Shown piece after piece: positions 9,532-15,773 of a stretch of DNA of 15,773 nt (position 1 is the first letter of the stretch; every line of letters starts with the position of its first letter). Under the pieces are notes generated by a model. The model saw only the letters and a list, made by a program, of their open reading frames with translations. It ran no database searches and had not been told where the DNA came from. Source of the stretch: Eledone cirrhosa (taxonomy: Eukaryota). The stretch spans positions 1-15,773 of the forward strand of contig CAXHJY010001566.1 in assembly GCA_964016885.1 (NCBI GenBank), in the 5' to 3' direction. A program made the translations under genes and the position numbers.

Positions 9532-9600
<69 letters not shown>

Positions 9601-9648
9601 AGTTTTAGTGTCTTCTAATGTGTTGTTTTGGGTAGGAACCAAATTATT

Positions 9649-9807
9649 ACCACCACCACTACTACTAAACCAGCACCCCCCAACTACCACTAACACCACC
9701 ACTACACCAACCACCACCACCATCACAACCACCACCACCACCATCACAACAACCATCGTCACCACCACCACCACCACCATCACAACCACCATCGTCACCA
9801 CCACCAC
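9649..9807. repeat. Imperfect (ACC)n trinucleotide tract flanked by 25-bp direct repeats
   Basis: ACC/ACT/ATC/ACA triplets. The flanks are ttgggtaggaaccaaattattacca (9628-9652) and ttgggtatgacccaaattattacca (9812-9836). Confidence 0.9.
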
Positions 9808-9927
9808 TCTGTTGGGTATGACCCAAATTATTACCAGGTTTGATGTGACCTCTGCAAAGTGGCTCACAATTCATTTCTATTTCCCAATCAATATATATCT
9901 CCGACGTAATACTGCCACCCCCACCCC

Positions 9928-10642
9928 ACACACACACACATATATATATATACATACATATACATACATATATATATATAAATATATATATATATATTTA
10001 TATATATACATATATATATATATACATATATACATATATATATATACATATAAATATATATATATATATGCATATAAATATATATATACATATACATATA
10101 TATACATATATATATATACATATATATACATATATATATATACATATATATACATATATATATATACATATATATATATACATACATATGCATATATATA
10201 TATACATACATATGCATATATATATATACATACATATGCATATATACATATACATATATATACATTTATATATATATATAAATTTATATATATATATATA
10301 CATACATATATACATACATTTATATATATATACATACATATATATATACATTTATATATATATATATACATACATATATATATATACATTTATATATATA
10401 TATACATACATTTATATATATATATACATACATATATATATATATATATATACATATATATACATATACATATACATACATTTATATATATATATACATA
10501 CATATATATATACATACATTTATATATATATACACATACATATATATATATACATATATATACATATATATATATACATACATTTATATATATATACATA
10601 TATATATACATACATTTATATACATATATATATACATACATT

Positions 10643-10674
<32 letters not shown>

Positions 10675-10707
10675 CATATATATATACATACATTTATATA
10701 TATATAC

Positions 10708-10738
<31 letters not shown>

Positions 10739-10895
10739 CATATATATATCCATACATTTATATATATATACATATATATATATATATACACATATATATA
10801 TACATATATATATATATACACATAGACACATATATATATATACATATATATATATACATATATATATACATACATATATATATATATATACATAA

Positions 10896-10972
<77 letters not shown>

Positions 10973-11027
10973 CATATATATATATATATACATATATATA
11001 TACATATATACATACATATATATATAC

Positions 11028-11065
<38 letters not shown>

Positions 11066-11109
11066 ATACACATATATATATATACATATATACATACATA
11101 TATATATAC

Positions 11110-11147
<38 letters not shown>

Positions 11148-11157
11148 ATATATATAC

Positions 11158-11192
<35 letters not shown>

Positions 11193-11193
11193 C

Positions 11194-11242
<49 letters not shown>

Positions 11243-11359
11243 CATATATATATACATATATACATACATATATATATACATATATACATATATACATACA
11301 TATATATATACATATATACATACATATATATATATACATATATACATACATATATATAT

Positions 11360-11390
<31 letters not shown>

Positions 11391-11560
11391 CATACATATA
11401 TATATACATATATATATACATACATATATATATACATATATATATACATACATATATATATACATATATATATACATATATACATATATATATACATATA
11501 TATATACATATATATATACATACATATATACATACATATATATATACATACATATATACA
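9928..11560. repeat. Compound (TA)n/(TACA)n microsatellite, about 1.6 kb
   Basis: TA runs interrupted by CA, CATTTA and TGCA variants. Confidence 0.97.
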
Positions 11561-12150
11561 TGGTGGCTGCCAACTCGTTTTCGAGTACGGCCACTGCTTT
11601 ATATCCATGTAGGAGAACCCCTACCGATGCGCTGAACGAGTGTGACTTTTTAGTCCAGCCAGCGACTTGAAAACTCTGGTACAAACACTACACTTGTGAC
11701 AATTATTGACACATAGTGCTGGGCCCATGGTACCATGTGACGACAAGTGCAGAGAGATCTCCAGATATAAAGCAATGCCTGTGCCGTGAAGCTTTTATAG
11801 TGAGCAAAGGCACTGCACAAAGCCAGTCCCACTCTCTTAACCAAGATGATATTTACCAAAAAGAAGAACAAGTCAACATCATTGGATACCATCAGGGTTG
11901 CAGGTGTTATATCAGAGTTTTCCTTCTCCTAGAATTCTGCCTTGACAAAGGCTAAGGGGTCATCTCTCCCGGTGATTTTGGATGGCCATTGACTCTTAAG
12001 AGCTCCTTTGCCCTTTGACAGGTTTTGTTTTTAGTCCTGCAGGATGTCCAAAGTCACCCTCCTCACCAAGAAACCTTGGTGGGGTTGCCAGTTTAGTCGC
12101 CAACGACCCGACCATGAGACAGGTTGTACTGGGATACATGTTACCAGGAC
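11561..12150 (-). mobile_element. Probable 5' region of an RTE-type retroelement or RTE-related SINE
   Basis: Higher-GC island between TA tracts. The minus strand contains CTAGGAGAAGGAAAACTCTGA and GTCG..GGCGACTAAA segments that I recall from RTE-related 5' UTRs. This is recognition from memory, with no protein motif to confirm it. Confidence 0.4.
12088..12145 (-). ncRNA. Possible degenerate HDV-like ribozyme
   Basis: Minus-strand order is taacatg (P1?) ... CCAGT (P2) acaaCCtgtct catggtc (P1') GG gTCG-ttgg-CGA (P4) CTAA (J4/2) ACTGG (P2'). P1 and P3 are imperfect. Confidence 0.3.
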
Positions 12151-12276
12151 ATATATACATACATATATATATACATACATATATACATACATATATATAT
12201 ACATATATATATATATATACATATATACATACATACATATATACATACATATATATATACATACATATATATATAC

Positions 12277-12307
<31 letters not shown>

Positions 12308-12328
12308 CATACATATATATATATATAT

Positions 12329-12375
<47 letters not shown>

Positions 12376-12574
12376 CACATATATATATAATATATACATA
12401 CATATATATATATATATATATTTCGTTTCTGAATGGCAACATGACCCTCCCAAAGTATAACAATATATATATATACATACATATATATATATATATATAC
12501 ATATATATATACACATACATATATATATATATACATACATATATATATATATAAATATAGATACATACATATAT

Positions 12575-12623
<49 letters not shown>

Positions 12624-12718
12624 CATATATATATATACATACATATATATGTATATATATATATATATATATACATACATATATATAATATACATACATA
12701 TATATGTATATATATATA

Positions 12719-12756
<38 letters not shown>

Positions 12757-12760
12757 CATA
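12150..12760. repeat. Compound (TA)n/(TACA)n microsatellite with a unique island of about 40 bp (12421-12462)
   Basis: Seen directly in the sequence. Confidence 0.95.
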
Positions 12761-12947
12761 AATACTGCTGCATTAGTGCGGCCGAAACACGAGACCGGGA
12801 ACCTTATAGGCACCCCGTTTTACGTGGGTTGTGTTGAGGCAAATAACTACGTGTATACTGTGGTAATGTATCTTACATTGCCAATGGAGTGTGCTGACAT
12901 ACAACCGGTCCTGCATTGATAAATATGCTGGGACCGTCACCTCCTTA

Positions 12948-12948
12948 T

Positions 12949-12995
<47 letters not shown>

Positions 12996-13567
12996 GTATA
13001 TGTATATATATATGTATATATGTATATATATATATGTATGTATATATATATATGTATGTATGTATATATATATATGTATGTATGTATATATATGTATGTA
13101 TGTATATATATATATGTATGTATATATATATATGTATCTATATGTATATACATATACATATATACATATATATATATATACATATATACATATATATATA
13201 CATATACATACATATATATATATACATATACATACATATATATATATACATATACATAAATATATATATATATATACATATATACATACATATATATATA
13301 TACATAAATATATATATATACATAAATATATATATATACATAAATATATATATATACATAAATATATATATATACATAAATATATATATATATACATATA
13401 TACATACATATATATATATATACATATATTCATACATATATATATATACATATATTCATACATATATATATATATACATATATTCATACATATATATATA
13501 TATACATATATACATACATATATATATATATACATATATACATACATATAATATATATATATATACC

Positions 13568-13598
<31 letters not shown>

Positions 13599-13680
13599 AT
13601 ATATATATATATATATATATATACCTATATATATATATATATATATATACTCTATATATATATATATATATATATATACC

Positions 13681-13711
<31 letters not shown>

Positions 13712-13821
13712 ATATATATATATATATATACCTATATATATATATATATATACTATATATATATATATATATACCTATATATATATATATATATATACCT
13801 ATATATATATATATATATATA

Positions 13822-13870
<49 letters not shown>

Positions 13871-13921
13871 ATATATATATATACATATATACTTATATAT
13901 ATATATATATATATATATACC

Positions 13922-13952
<31 letters not shown>

Positions 13953-13994
13953 ATATATATATATACATATATAACTATACATATATAACTATAC

Positions 13995-14029
<35 letters not shown>

Positions 14030-14127
14030 CCTATATATATATATACATATATAACTATACATATATATATATACATATATATATATACATATATACATAT
14101 ATATGTATATACATATATATATATACA

Positions 14128-14158
<31 letters not shown>

Positions 14159-14344
14159 TTATATACATACATATATATATGCATACATATATATACATAC
14201 ATTTATATACATACATATATATATACATACATATATATATATATACTCATATATATATACTCATATATATATACTCATATATATATACAATATATATACA
14301 TATACTCATATATATATACATATATATACATACATATATATACA

Positions 14345-14375
<31 letters not shown>

Positions 14376-14406
14376 ATACATATATATATATATATAAATA
14401 TATACA

Positions 14407-14437
<31 letters not shown>

Positions 14438-14446
14438 ATATATACA

Positions 14447-14477
<31 letters not shown>

Positions 14478-14850
14478 ATATATATATATATATATATTCA
14501 TACATATATATATACATATATATATATACATATATATAGATATAGATATATATATATACATATATATAGATATATATATATACATATATATAGATATATA
14601 TATATATATATCCATATATATATATATATATCCACATATATATATACACATATATATATATCCATACATATATATATGTACATATTTTATATATACATAC
14701 ATATATATACATATATATATATCAATACATATATATATATACATATATAATTTGGTAACTTTGATATGTTTCGGCCATTTCTAGCATAATATATATATAC
14801 ACACACATGTATATATATATATATATATATATACATCTACATGCATACAT
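12948..14850. repeat. Compound (TA)n microsatellite, about 1.9 kb, with successive variant sub-units
   Basis: TATG, CATAAA, TTCA, TACC, TAAC, CTCA, TAGA and TCCA interruptions occur in successive blocks, with a short unique island at 14750-14788. Confidence 0.96.
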
Positions 14851-14959
14851 ATATCGGTATACAGATGAGGCTAATGAGCTGATGTATACATTTGAGATTG
14901 TTGAGATCCGTAGCTTAACCTCCGAATCCGTACAAAGTTCTAACTTGCCTCTTAAGAAC

Positions 14960-15020
14960 GTGATGTTTTCTCCCGAATGAAACAGTTCTAGTCCTGTAGA
15001 AGCTATTTCTATATTAAATA
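14960..15020 (+). repeat. Degenerate second copy of the HHR family at 33-96 (opposite orientation)
   Basis: gaatgaaacagttctagtcctgtagaa (14975-15001) is the exact reverse complement of 49-75, and similarity extends to ctatattaaa. The core box has decayed to GTGATGT. Confidence 0.8.
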
Positions 15021-15440
15021 TTTATACTCTGCTATGTATTGAGTACCTTATTTACTGTGGTTATTCCTGATTGCCGACTTTGTAATGGGTAACCCCTGCT
15101 TGCAATGGTAGACATAAGATCTTCTTTTATATCTTTTTATCGCTTCCTCTATATTTCCTTCTTCCCCATCCCTTCCTCGTCCTTCCACCCCAGTCCCCTT
15201 TCTTTGTCGTCGTCCTTTTCACTTTCTCGCCCACCCAAGGCAGCCCCTTGGTCCTTTGTAGCCTCAGTACCCCCACGCACTTCCCCTATTCTATGATAGA
15301 ATTGGTCGACTCCGCTTTTTATAGCAGATGGGATAGACCCCAGATACTTGCTTTCTTATCCGATGGCTGCCCCTTTTCTGTGCTTTCTACATTTCTTAGT
15401 GGTATCTCTGCTTTAATTTTTTGTGGGGCTGGGGGTGGGG

Positions 15441-15689
15441 GGATTCTGAATTAATTTACCGTATCAAATTTTTCATATACTTCGTACGAGCATTTATGTA
15501 GTTTGCACTAGAATTGTTGTATCGTAGCGGCACCCTTAGAGATAGTATTTGTATTCATTTTCGGGATTCTGAATTATTATTTCGTATTAGTTTATTTTTT
15601 TGCACTGGGTGGTTGCTGGCCTTGTGCCTAGGGTAGAAACAATTATTTCGTATTAGTCTCTGGACTCTGAATTATTATTTCGTGGTAGT
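15441..15689. repeat. Four dispersed copies of a 17-28-bp motif (ggattctgaattattatttcgtattagt)
   Basis: Copies at about 15441-15457 (partial), 15564-15591, 15641-15657 (partial) and 15662-15689. Confidence 0.75.
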
Positions 15690-15773
15690 TTCTTTAGTAT
15701 TTTGGCCCCCCACTTGTTGACCCGTCACCGTAAGATATACTCGGTTGATTACTACTAACTCTTAAAAGGGTCT

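Noticed and set aside
9161-9535. Pair of similar ORFs on opposite strands (YWNFVFL...)
   Set aside because: This is an automatic consequence of the DNA palindrome.
9451-9955. Poly-Thr / poly-Val / poly-Gly ORFs (mucin-like)
   Set aside because: They are products of the (ACC)n tract fused to TA repeats, with no gene structure.
14750-14788. Minus-strand GGCC-GAAA-CATA-TC resembling an HHR 3' half
   Set aside because: It is too short and has no CUGANGA box, so it cannot be distinguished from chance.
15441-15689. CRISPR-like repeat-spacer pattern
   Set aside because: The repeats are partial and the spacers are very unequal in length.

Overview
Non-genic, repeat-saturated eukaryotic DNA; the (TA)n load and the SINE style resemble mollusc/cephalopod genomes, which is an inference. 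Roughly half the window is compound (TA)n microsatellite, and the many Ile/Tyr ORFs are artefacts of it. Between the tracts lie a decayed 3' fragment of an RTE-clade LINE, a tRNA-derived SINE, a decayed R4/Dong-like RLE retrotransposon with an internal RT deletion, a 145-bp-arm palindrome and a probable RTE 5' end. No intact protein-coding gene is present. The main result is that many short non-coding islands between TA tracts carry type I hammerhead ribozyme (HHR) motifs. These are a 3 x 140-bp tandem array with one HHR per unit (retrozyme-like, predicting a 140-nt self-cleaved monomer), two minimal HHRs with intact or covariant cores (46-96, 350-387), and several degenerate relics (2698-2739, 8951-9014, about 9289-9333, 14960-15004). 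This points to several families of Penelope-pLTR/retrozyme-type elements accumulating in TA microsatellites. All folds were derived by eye and none has been computed or tested.
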